From: Callorhinchus milii
Taxonomy: Eukaryota
Length of the DNA stretch: 64,000 nucleotides
Direction: 5' to 3'
Assembly (NCBI RefSeq): GCF_018977255.1
Contig: NW_024704746.1
Location: 25,854,001-25,918,000 of the forward strand
Shown: piece by piece, positions 44,601 through 55,307 of the stretch
Layout: each line of letters begins with the position of its first letter
How positions within the stretch are numbered: position 1 is the stretch's first letter
Translations under genes and position numbers: made by a program
Notes under the pieces: generated by a model
Told to the model about the DNA's origin: nothing
Seen by the model: the letters and a program-made list of their open reading frames with translations, nothing else
Database searches by the model: none

Positions 44601-47600
44601 GGAGTGAGGTCAGAGATTATCTCTCACACAGTACACAATCACATTGGCTGCCATGATGTCATTTATAACAATATATGTCTTCCAAGTTGTGGCTGAAGCA
44701 CAAGTAAATGTTTTACAGGCACATCCAGCACTATATGTTGTTCATAGTAATTTAACATCAGTGGAAAATTCTAATCTGCCAGCGTGCAGCAGAAACAATA
44801 TTACATAATAATAATCCTTGCATCTGATATAGCGCCTTACCATGTCATTGAGATGTCTCAAAGCGCTTCACAGGATATATTGTCAAATGGATTGACTGTA
44901 TTTTGTGGGCAAAACGTGGCAGCCAGTTGCACACAGCAGTGTCCCACAAACAGTTGAGGATTCAGTGACTAATTTTTTTATATATAATAAATTTGTTAGC
45001 TTGCATTGCAGTAGATGCTGAAATAAGAGTTAATTTAGAGGAATGAACTCACATTGTGAATCCTCTAGAAATGACCTCGGTCTCCTGAATCTGCCGAAGT
45101 GTTTTTCGCACAAGGCTGGTGAACGCACAGCTATTTTCCACTATGTTTCCCAGAGAGACACTACACTTTCTCATGCATCTCTGCAACTTGGCGATTTTCC
45201 ACAAGCTGAAGCTTCTGAAGACCATATAAAGAGCGAGACCAAACAAGCTCATTCCAAATGTGACCCAAGGGAAAGAGTCACTGAAGTTTGGGGTCACGAC
45301 CAAGATGCTCACGATGGCAGCTAATACTGAAACATCCCTAGTATGCAAGAGGAAACACAAGTTTAGTATTCAACACTTCTCCCCAACACTGTAAGATGAT
45401 CAAGATTGTGACGAGGAGAATGAACAGAAAGCTTTTGGAGGAACTTTCCCTCTCAGAGGGTTGTCAGGATAAGGAAATTATTTGATTAATGTCAATCACA
45501 GCAGAGTAAATTGGGACATTTAAAACACAAAAGAACAATAATATGCCAAGGAAGAATATTACAGGATTAGCATAAAGAATAGGTAATCAAGGTAATTATA
45601 ATAATCTTTCCATTTGATACGGCGCCTTTGAGACTTGATAAGGCGTTGTATCAGAATATACTGTAAATTTAATTGACCGTATATTTTGTGGGCAAAATGC
45701 GGCAGCCAAACGCGCACAGCAGTGTCCCACAAACAGTCGTGGATTGAGTGACCCAATTTTTTAAAAACTGTTTTTTTAAAAAAGGGTTTATTCCCCCTGG
45801 AAAAGAGATCTGCCAATCACCTAACAACTGGGCTCCACTTACTGCGAGGTAAACAGAGGCGTGTGGAGAAGGAAACTTGCCTAAGATTAGAATAGATTGG
45901 AAAAGATATTTGAAAACATTAGTCGAACTACTCCTACTCTGTCATACAATTCTATAGATCTATAATCAGAACAACCATCATAAATGTATTTTTTGAGAGG
46001 GGGGGGGGGGGGGAACTAACGTAAGCAAGGTCTCCTTGGGGCTGAGCTAGCTTCACGATGACGTACTTGGCAATGGAACGTCAAAATCGAGTCTTTCCTC
46101 TGTGGCAGTCTCGGAAGTGTTTCCTAAGCCAGGCGGGTGTGAAACAGTCCTCCAAAGCACTGCTGATGACAAACCAGTCAACTTGGCTTGTCGTCAGAAC
46201 TTGGGAGGGGCAGACAGGGAGCAAGCAGGGATTCTTCCCACTCAGCTTCTGTTGACCTTCCAAGTCATAGCTCTAACCAGGAATGGTAGGCTTAGCTGGA
46301 CAAGCAGTGGGAAGCTTGCCAGAGAGCTCTCAATGGCTTTAGCTAGTTAGGTGATGGGTGTGCAGTGCCTGGAAAAGTGTGACCCCGCTTGAGACAGCAC
46401 CATCAGCAGAGGAGAAACAATTTGTACAAAATAATTCCCACAGCAGAATTCCCCTCACTGTTATAAACTTGATATTCTTCTAACAACAGTAATGTGGGCA
46501 CTTCAATGTCTTCCGTTTCCCAGTGTGCTTTAACAAAGGGTAGCTAGCACTGAGCACAGGATAGACACTTCCCAGATAGGGAGGACAAATGAAGCCATCA
46601 GACAATGACCCCACCCGACCCCAGTCTGTTTTCATGAGAAGATACTCTCAGTTTTACACAGTGTTGTCAACTTCATGGAGATGAATTGCCCCACAGGCCA
46701 ATCTGATGCAATAATAATAATCCTTGCATTTGATATAGCGTCTCATCACGTCTTCCACATGCCTCAAAGAGCTTAACAGGATATACTGTAAAGTGAATTG
46801 ACTGTATATTTTGTGGGCGAAACGTACCAAATATTAGGAGTTACTGGCAAGCATTGGCTTGGCGGGCGGCCATTTTGCTGTTGCTGAGCCTGTGCTGACT
46901 GCAGGACGCTGGGGTCAAGGAGCTCAATCAGCTCCACATCCTCCCGCAGAAGCACTTCCTGTTGCAGGATGGTGTGTAGAGAGCACAGTCGAAACCCAAT
47001 ATCCTTGTTAATCAGACAAGGGAATAACGTACAATATTACTATTCCTGTAAACCACATACAGGATGTCAAACATGCAAGCAAAACACTTTTGAGTCCATC
47101 AACGTATTTCTTTACATCCTTAGAACTTTTTGAAGTACAACATACACCAAAGGATTAATGATAATAATCCTTGCATTTGATATAGTACCTTATCAGGTCT
47201 TCGAGACGTCTCAAAAGTATACTGTAAAGTGAATTGACTATGTTTCGTGGGCGAAATGCGGCAGCAGCCAATTGTGCACAGTACTGTCCCACAAACAGTC
47301 GTGGATTCACTGACCAAATTTAGTCAATTTAGATTTAGTAAACAAATGTACACCTTAAGCAAAAACTTACCAGAAATTCCAAATCATTCTTGATTTTGGA
47401 TCCAGTAAACGGATTGCACCTTTGACAAACATCAGCAATCTTCAATAAAAAGCTCCTCTATATGAAAAGAAACACAAGAAACAAAAAAATCAAATAGTAA
47501 ATAATGTAAAAGGCTAAATGTGTTATAACAATCACAGATGGTTTAAAATACATTTCTAGTATACTTCAATGGCATCTTCAAGTTATCAGAAGCAACTGGA

Positions 47601-50600
47601 TCCTAAAATAATAATAATCCTTGCACTGATATAGCACCTTATCACGTCATTGAGACGTCTCAAAGAGCTTCACAGAATTTACCTAAAAGTGAATTGATTG
47701 TATATTTTGTGGGCGAAACGTGACAGCCAATTGAATGCATTAAGTGCTTTAATTCCTATTGGGTTGAGGTCTGCTCCCCACAATGGTAAGTGCTAAAGAG
47801 ACATATACCATTTTAAACTTGTTGACCATTTAAAAGAGCCAGCTATCTCGTATTACTGACAAGCAGATTCATTGTTACTGAGCAGGGAATCACCGAGAGG
47901 CATCTCAAATAGAGCTCTCCTGAATCTGATACCATCCTTGTTCATAGATAGGGTTGAGCCAATATTTAATTTATACACTTATGTTTAAGAGCTCTAAGGC
48001 GCCACTCCACATCAAGGACACTATAAATACAAAGCAATGCAAATGCCTTTTATGTAATCTGAAATCATTTTTGTTTTTGTCATTGCGTATCTCTTGGCAA
48101 GCTGTCTCAAGTTACAAACAAAAACAAGGAATGCTCCCACGATATCCAACCCAAACATTTTGATTAATCTTATACTTAACACATGATTAACCCCATTAAA
48201 GAACTACACAGATGTGACATTGAAGCTTGACCAGAATGCTAAGTGCACGAGCAATGGTAAAAGTGGTAATCTCTATTTAGTGTGGAAGCCGGTGGCGTAT
48301 TGGTTAGAGCATTTGCCTCACAAGCAAGAGAACCCGGGTTTGATTCCTGGGCAAGGCGAAATGTTGGGAAAGTTTCTTTACTTCATACGCCTCTGTTTAC
48401 CTAGCAGTAAGTAGGAACCCAGGTGTTAGTCGATTGGTGGATCGCTTTTCCGGGATTAATAATCCCTTATAACAAATTTAAATAATAATAATTTGGTCAC
48501 TGAATCCATGACTGTTTGTGGGACACTGCTGTGTGCAAGTGGCTGCTGAGTTTTGCCCACAAAATATACAGTCAATTCACTTTACACACAATTCAATTCT
48601 GTGAAGACACTTTGAAACGTCACAACAAAGTAATAAGGCACTATAAATGCAAATATCATTATTATTATTACAGAAAATGCTACGCTTGTTATGTAATAAA
48701 GGTTGGTATCACAAGAATGAATCCAGTAAACAGATCAGGATATGCGAGTGCTCCACAGTAGAACAGGAATTCGGCCCCATAACATCCCAGAAAGAGAGCC
48801 AGTTACAGCCGTGTAGCTTTGGGAAGGGAGGAAGGAATTCGGTGAAAATCAGGTGCTTCCTCTTGCCTGGGTAGCTCTCACGCAAACACCTCCCTCCAGC
48901 AACTTACACAGCAGCACTAACTGACTTGCAGAGTATTGACTGACTTGCCCTGTTGCATGGTGTCATAGGAATGATAAGCTGCCAATTGAAGCCTTACCAA
49001 ATGCCACCCACATCACCACTTAAACAAATGATTTTCACTTCTAGTTATTATACAAATATAGTCTTCTAATTTTCAATCAGTCCTGCCCTTAATATCCACA
49101 ATTGCACATCACTTCACTTATTAGGCAGTCTAACTCTTTTAAACTTTTGAAACTGTTCCAATTTCCTTAATTTTCAATAATGTGAAAAATTACCATTGGC
49201 ACATAGAAAATGACCGATCTAAAAGAGAATTTAGGAGGAATTACTTCACACAGAAGGTAAGAGTGAAAAATGGTCCCTCAATCCATGACTGTTTGTGGCA
49301 CACTGCTGTGGGCAATTGGCTGCCACGTTTCCCACACCAAATACACGGTCAATTCACTTTACAGTATATTTGTGAAGTGCTTTGAGACGTCTCAAATAGT
49401 AACTTGACCAAATTAGCTTGACCTTGCCCAACAGGCATGATTAGATTCAACCTATATGTCATCACATTCACTAGATTGTTCACCCTTTCAAGGTCACAAC
49501 AATAATCTTGGACCAAAGTGAACAAGCAATTCGCACGCACTATTTCTTTGTTTCCCAAGAAAGTTATTCTAAATAAAAGAATATGGAGATCGCAAGTAAA
49601 TTTTTGATTAAATGTTATAATGTTGGATCAGAAAAATTATGACTATTGACAATTACATTGTTAATAAACAAAATGATGAACAATCAAATGTGTTTAATAG
49701 CAGCTCATTTGAATAGCTCGTCAGGAAAATTTGACAAAGGATTTCAATGCCTGAACATATTGAACAACAACAACTTGCACCTACATAGTGCCCTTCACTT
49801 GGGGTAGTGACGCAGAGTGCTCTAATGGAACATAATAATCCTTGCATTTGATACAGCACCTTATCACATTGTTTGGACATCTCAAAGCTCTTCACAGAAT
49901 ATACTGTAAAGTGAATTGACTGCGTATGTTGTGGGTGAAACGATGCAGCCAATTGCTAACAGCAGTGTCCCACAAGCAGTCGTGGATTGAGTGACCAGAT
50001 TTTTTTTTTAAGGGAATATTACCCCCGGAAAGTGACTACTAATCAGGTTCCTATTTACTGCTAAGTAAACAGAGGAGCGTGGAATAAGGAAACTTGCCTA
50101 AGGTTTCGCGCTGTCCGGGAATTGAACCCGAGTTCGCTCGCTTGTGAGGTGAGTGTTCTAACCAATAATAATAATAATCCTTGCATTTGATGTAGCGCTT
50201 TTTCACGTCTTCTCGACGTCTCAAAGCGCCTCACAGAATACACTGTAAAGTGAATTGATCGTATATTTGTGCGCGAAACGCAGCAGCCAATTGCGCACAG
50301 TAATGTCCCACAAACAGTCGTGGATTGAAAATGACCAATTTATCATTGTTTTTTGTTTGGGAGGAAATATTATCAGGCGTGTGGAATAAGGAAACTTGCC
50401 CAAGGTTTCGCCCTGTCTGGAATTGAACCCAGGTGTCTCACTTGCAAGGTGACCATTGAGCTACAGGACTCTATAAAATTTCCCTTAGAACAGAGGTGTA
50501 ATGTACAGTTCATTTTGATAGATGCTAATTAAAAGGCGATTTAAAAAACTGTTTCTTTAATATTAGGACAGAGCGGAGTCCTCAAGATGTTTGTTTTGGA

Positions 50601-53600
50601 CAGGACCTGCTTTCTCACTGTACGGCCTCGCTCTAAAGACTCACTTTTGGTGTGGTGTGGAAATCCTGTTCATTTGGGCCCTCCTTTGACGCACATTCTT
50701 CTGCCTCCCTTGACAAAGTTGGACATGTTTCAAAGTCGGTGTGTCCCACATCCTGCAAGTACTGGTACAGTGGAGAGTTCTAACAAAAGGCCAAAAGATG
50801 AAGCATTAAGACAACTAGTGCAACACAACAGAAAATATCAAATAGTCCACAAAACTTACATTTCACTTTATATTTAAATTAAGTATATTCCGCAAAACTC
50901 TTTGAGATAATAATAATAATAATAATCCTTGCATTTGATATAGCGCTTTTCACGTCGGGAGGACGTCCCAAAGCGCTTCACAGAACACACTGTAAAGTGA
51001 ATTGACTGTATATTTGTGGGCGAACGCGGCAGCCAATTGCGCACAGCAATGTCCCACAAACAGTCATAGATTGAAAATGACCAATTTATTATTGTTTTTG
51101 GTTTTGGAGGGATTATTATTAGGCTCTGTGTGGAGTAAGGAAACTTGCCCAAGGTTTCGCCCTCTGCCTGGAATTGAACTCAGGTCTCTCACTTGCAAAG
51201 CGAGTGCTCTAACCACTGAGCTGCAGGACTCCACAAATTGAGATGTCTCAATGACCTGATAAGGCGCTATATCAAATGCAAGGCTCATTATTATCCTTTT
51301 CTTTATCCAATGACTACTACAGAGATGTATGTATGTGGATGTCAAATAAGTAAAAAGTTGAGTAGAATGGCCCATTGGAATTCACAATCCCCCAAATTTA
51401 GGCTCACTGGGAGCTGATGCTGGCTCGACAGCGACTTAGGACGTCCTCCCAACTTGAGAGGCGCTATACACATGTAATTTGTTGTGGTTGATTATAGGCC
51501 AAATAACTCCTTCTGCAGTATAAATTTCTGTGATACAATCTACAATACAATTGCAGAATGTCACAGGTGTGTCCCTGAAGTCCCTCTTTCACTCATAAAT
51601 ATACACAGATTTTCAAACAAATGTCATAGGGAGTAGAAAACTTGATTGTTTTTTGCTGCGTCTTGCTCAGTTTAGAACAACTAGGTATTGTAGACAGACT
51701 GGTGAATCTATGTGACTTTCCCGTTTGCAACTTTTTATACTACAATGATTGACGCCATTGCCTAACTCAGGCATTGGGAGGACTAATGGAGTGACTGATT
51801 TACTTTAAGTTCAATAGATAGAATTTTCTTTGAATGCTACACTCCTGATTATTCATTTACTTTTAGCGTCATCACCTTGCAACGATCATGATCTTTGTTA
51901 ATTTAATCGTAGGTCTCCACTGCTGCCTCTCTGTAACCAGATATTAGGTGTCCAGTAAAGGCCTGGAGCACTCAAATTCCCGACTGCTCAATTTTCTTAC
52001 CACCCAACGGGGAAATGCTTCACATTTATCTGGCAACTTTCCCAACAGCCTGTCACAGAGTCTAGAATTCACTATGAGAGCTGTCACCAGTGTGAACTAC
52101 TAACAATGCTGCTAAATTATGGAACTACTTCAAAGAAAAATGCCCTGCAACACTGGAACTTCCAGTGCCAAGGAATTCACCCTATTAACACTGAGGTTTC
52201 AACTGGTGGCAACACTCAAACAATACTTCTGCACAATCTTTGCAGTATACAGGATATACTGTAAAGTGTAGTGACTGTATTTTGGGGGCAAAATCTTTAA
52301 TATCCACCTGAACAGGCACAGGTGGGATCCTGGCTGTAACATTCTTACCGAAGGAAGGCCCTCTGATAACTCTACAAATAGTGGAGTTTGAGACTTTGAA
52401 CTCAAGTAAATGATCAGTCGAGACTTTGAACTCAAGTAAATGACATGACTTATAAAATTTGATAAAATCCAGTAACTAAGAAACCACAGAAGATAAACGC
52501 TGATTACTCCTGCAGACCATAAATTGACAAGGTCTAGTTTGCGGATCATTTTGGCTGACGTACCTTTCCTTACAGCTTGCATGTTGTGATTTCACTCACC
52601 TATGGAGCTGGAAAAATAAGGATCCAGCTGTATCAACAAATCTTATAAATTCAGCTTTCACACCATTATTGGTATGAGCTGGCAGCCAACACTACTGTAA
52701 ATAAACATAGAAATTAATCTGACCAAATGACAAATCAAAGCAGTTTTTTTTGTAAGTTTTACTGTGGCTTTTGGGCCATTGACCTAATTTTCCCTGAGCT
52801 GAATCTTTTTGAGGAGTGAATCTACTGACATATAAAAATACTTGCATTTGATATAGTGCCTTTTCACATCTTCGAGACATCTCAAAGCACTTCACATAAT
52901 ACACTCACTGTAAAGTGAATTGAGTGTGTATTTTATGGGCGAATCTATGGGCATGTCAACATATGTGTGAGCCTAAGCAATAACTGCTAGTACACTCTTC
53001 AACCATGAACATATAACTTATAATAATGCTTGTGTTTGATACAGTGCCTAAAACGGCAAAACATCTCAATGTGTTTACAGTAATAATAATCCTTGCATTT
53101 GATATAGCGCTTTTCACGTCGGGAGGACGTCCCAAAGCGCTTCACAGAACACACTGTAAAGTGAATTGACTGTATATTTGTGGGCGAACGCGGCAGCCAA
53201 TTGCGCACAGCAATGTCCCACAAACAGTCGTAGATTGAAAATGACCAATTTATTATTGTTTTTGGTTTTGGAGGATTATTATTAGGCTCTGTGTGGAGTA
53301 AGGAAACTTGCCCGAGGTTTCGCCCTCTGCCTGGAATTGAACTCAGGTCTCTCACTTGCAAAGCGAGTGCTCTAACCACTGAGCTACAGGACTCCAAGTA
53401 ATTAAAGTATTACAGTATTAAGCATAGTGACTGTATTTGTAAGAAACATGGCAGCCAATTTGTCCAATTTGTCAACCAGAAATGTCCAAAATCAACAAGT
53501 AGTTGAACGATTCATTTCTTTGCATGACTGTTGGCCAAAACACTAGGAGAAACTTTTCTTTTCAAATAGTATTAGGGGTTCAATAACATCAACCTGAAAA

Positions 53601-54408
53601 CAGACAGACAGGATCTCAGTTTAAAGTCTCATCCAAAACACAGCACTCTTCCCTCCCCCCACTGCTGCACTGGAGTGTCAGCCTGGATTATGAACTGCAG
53701 TTCCCAACATGGGTCATGGAACGCATCAGTCGAATTATAATATCATACAAATTTACATTTATATAGCACCTTTCATGTCGGGAGGTGGTTCCAGGGCTCT
53801 TGACAGTACTGGCACTGGTCTTGGGATTCAATCCTATCCTCATTTAACATTTTTCAAACAAAGTCACTGAATACGAATCAAAAGCAGAAGCCCTGACAGA
53901 GCCCATGACCGCCCTCCCTCTTTAATGTGTGTTAATAAAAACTCATATTCTCATGCCTTAGAATCTTACATCGGCTTATGATTTTCAGGGGCAATAACTG
54001 CTCCAAAAGAAAACAAGAATAATGCGGTCACTCAATCTATGACCGTTTGTGGGGGACACTGCTGTGTACAATCGACTGCCGCGTTTCGCCCACAAAACAC
54101 ACAGTCACTACACTTCACAGTGCATTCCATGAAACCTTTTGAGCGGTCTGGACAAAGTGATCAGGCGCCGCGTCAAACCTACTCGTGTTGCTGTTTTCTT
54201 GTACATAAAATGCAAAGATTATTGTTGCTGTGGTGGAGCTGTGATTGATAGCTGCACGTGTGGCTCTCGGGCAATGTTTGGGAACCTCAGAGCGGTAGAA
54301 ATATGGAGCAAATTATAAAACGTGGCAATAAAAAAGCGAAACAAACACAAAACCGCCGAGGCCTCCCCTCACCTCCAGGACCAGCTCCTCATCAAACACC
54401 TCACACAT
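35135..54408 (-). CDS. VEZT: Vezatin, adherens-junction transmembrane protein, 12 exons, about 781 aa
   Basis: Exons: 54373-54408, 50645-50779, 47371-47457, 46828-47003, 45053-45337, 43881-44027, 43211-43358, 41979-42316, 41251-41444, 39274-39374, 37937-38144, 35135-35625; total 2346 nt. Peptides [131 protein letters not shown] match vertebrate vezatin. Confidence 0.96.
37937..38144 (-). CDS. VEZT: VEZT exon 11
   Basis: [18 protein letters not shown]...[13 protein letters not shown]. Confidence 0.94.
39274..39374 (-). CDS. VEZT: VEZT exon 10
   Basis: [33 protein letters not shown]; AG acceptor, GTAAG donor. Confidence 0.88.
40700..40810 (+). mobile_element. Degenerate LF-SINE-like fragment
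   Basis: GCCTTTCACCTCTGGGACCTGGGTTC...GTCTCAACCCAGT resembles the LF-SINE consensus as I recall it. Confidence 0.45.
40917..41121. mobile_element. hAT/Charlie-like non-autonomous DNA transposon (MITE)
   Basis: Terminal inverted repeats CAGGGGTGGTCCAAC ... GTTGAACCATCCTG, followed by GTCTAGGT. Confidence 0.6.
41251..41444 (-). CDS. VEZT: VEZT exon 9
   Basis: [11 protein letters not shown]...[29 protein letters not shown]. Confidence 0.92.
41979..42316 (-). CDS. VEZT: VEZT exon 8
   Basis: [21 protein letters not shown]...[12 protein letters not shown]...[13 protein letters not shown]. Confidence 0.94.
43211..43358 (-). CDS. VEZT: VEZT exon 7 (AC acceptor)
   Basis: [49 protein letters not shown]. 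Confidence 0.93.
43359..43880 (-). other. U12-type AT-AC intron 6 of VEZT
   Basis: 5' site ATATCCTTAT, branch CCTTAAC (43370-43376), terminal AC; splicing restores MLKSYPLNSE. Confidence 0.93.
43881..44027 (-). CDS. VEZT: VEZT exon 6 (AT donor)
   Basis: [48 protein letters not shown]. Confidence 0.93.
45053..45337 (-). CDS. VEZT: VEZT exon 5 (hydrophobic/transmembrane segments)
   Basis: [14 protein letters not shown]...[12 protein letters not shown]...[20 protein letters not shown]. Confidence 0.93.
46828..47003 (-). CDS. VEZT: VEZT exon 4
   Basis: [38 protein letters not shown]...TPNIW. Confidence 0.93.
47371..47457 (-). CDS. VEZT: VEZT exon 3
   Basis: [29 protein letters not shown]; TAG acceptor, GTAAG donor; phase 0-0. 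Confidence 0.82.
48283..48668 (+). mobile_element. SINE, long form
   Basis: Head, core and tail. Confidence 0.84.
49833..50471 (-). mobile_element. Two abutting or nested SINE copies
   Basis: Long-form copy 49833-50163 whose head is cut by the tail of a second copy 50164-50471. Confidence 0.82.
50645..50779 (-). CDS. VEZT: VEZT exon 2
   Basis: [25 protein letters not shown]...HTTPK; GTGAGT donor. Confidence 0.93.
50907..51232 (-). mobile_element. SINE, short young subfamily
   Basis: Near-identical to 3659-3978 (reverse) and 53081-53395. Confidence 0.9.
53081..53395 (-). mobile_element. SINE, short young subfamily
   Basis: Near-identical to 50907-51232. Confidence 0.9.
54373..54408 (-). 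CDS. VEZT: VEZT exon 1 coding part
   Basis: [12 protein letters not shown]|GTGAG, compare human MTPEFDEEVVFE; lies at the CpG-island edge. Confidence 0.9.
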
Positions 54409-54530
54409 TGCTGCCCGCCATTGAGAGTGAAAGAGCAGGTGACCGGGGTGGCGCTGGGAATTCTGGGACCCGTAGTCGCTCCGCGCTGTTCATTCCTTCC
54501 GATCGGAGCGGGCAGTCACCGCCTCAATGA

Positions 54531-54549
54531 ACTACATTTCCCGTCAGGC
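54531..54549 (+). promoter_or_regulatory. ZNF143/THAP11-type ACTACA..TCCC motif
   Basis: ACTACATTTCCCGTCAGGC fits the ACTAYRNNNCCCR element known to be enriched at bidirectional promoters. Confidence 0.65.
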
Positions 54550-55297
54550 ATCAGCCCGCCACCTTCCCTTCCGCGCGGCAGCGGCGCGTGAGAAGCACGT
54601 GACACTGCGTGGTTGACAAGGCGTTGGGGGCGACGCAAAGGGTCTGGCAGCTCGAGAAGGCGGGCGGGCGGGCGGGCGGTGGGGCGAGTGACGTACCGAC
54701 GTGATTGACGGGAACGCAGATGCTGCGGGAGACGGGCAATGGAGTCGAGAGGCGCGCGAGGGAGGATGACGTAATGACGTGAGTGACAGGCGTATTGAGG
54801 GCTCTGGGTCTCTGGCAGCTCGGGCGGGAGGCGGGTGGCGTGATGACGTCAAGGCCTGATTGACAGGCGTTCGGACGGTGGCGTCCGGCAGCGGCGACAA
54901 CAACAACAACAACTTGGATTGATATCGCGCGGGAGGCGGGTGACGTGATGACGTGCGCTGTGGCTGTGGATGGCAGTTGGGCCGTGAGGGGTGTCGCGCG
55001 CGGCGGGCGGGGGCGCGCGCGCGCGGGGGGTTTCGCTGCAGTCGAGCGCTGGGAACGCACGACAGAGCTGAGGTGAAAAAGGAGGAGAGAGAGAGAGAGA
55101 GAGAGGGCGTCGTGATCCGGTTCTGGGTGAGGTTTTCTTCCCCCCCCCACTCACTCCCAGGAGACCGAGCCTGGGGCCTCGCTCCCTCTCTCTCTCTCTG
55201 TGTCGGCGAAGGAGAAAACAATGGCTTTGGCTGGAAAGTAACTGGAGAGTTAGTGGGGAGAGGGGGCGAGAGCCCGCGGAGCGCACGGAAACCCAGT

Positions 55298-55307
55298 ATG
55301 AGCACAG
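55298..55307 (+). CDS. FGD6: FGD6 exon 1 coding part
   Basis: ATGAGCACAG followed by GTGAGA; phase 1 matches exon 2. Confidence 0.8.

Noticed and set aside
52999-53397. Recurrent ORFs containing [15 protein letters not shown] / IKCKDYYY suggesting a small-protein family
   Set aside because: They are translations of the abundant SINE in different frames and strands, with no splice or coding evidence.
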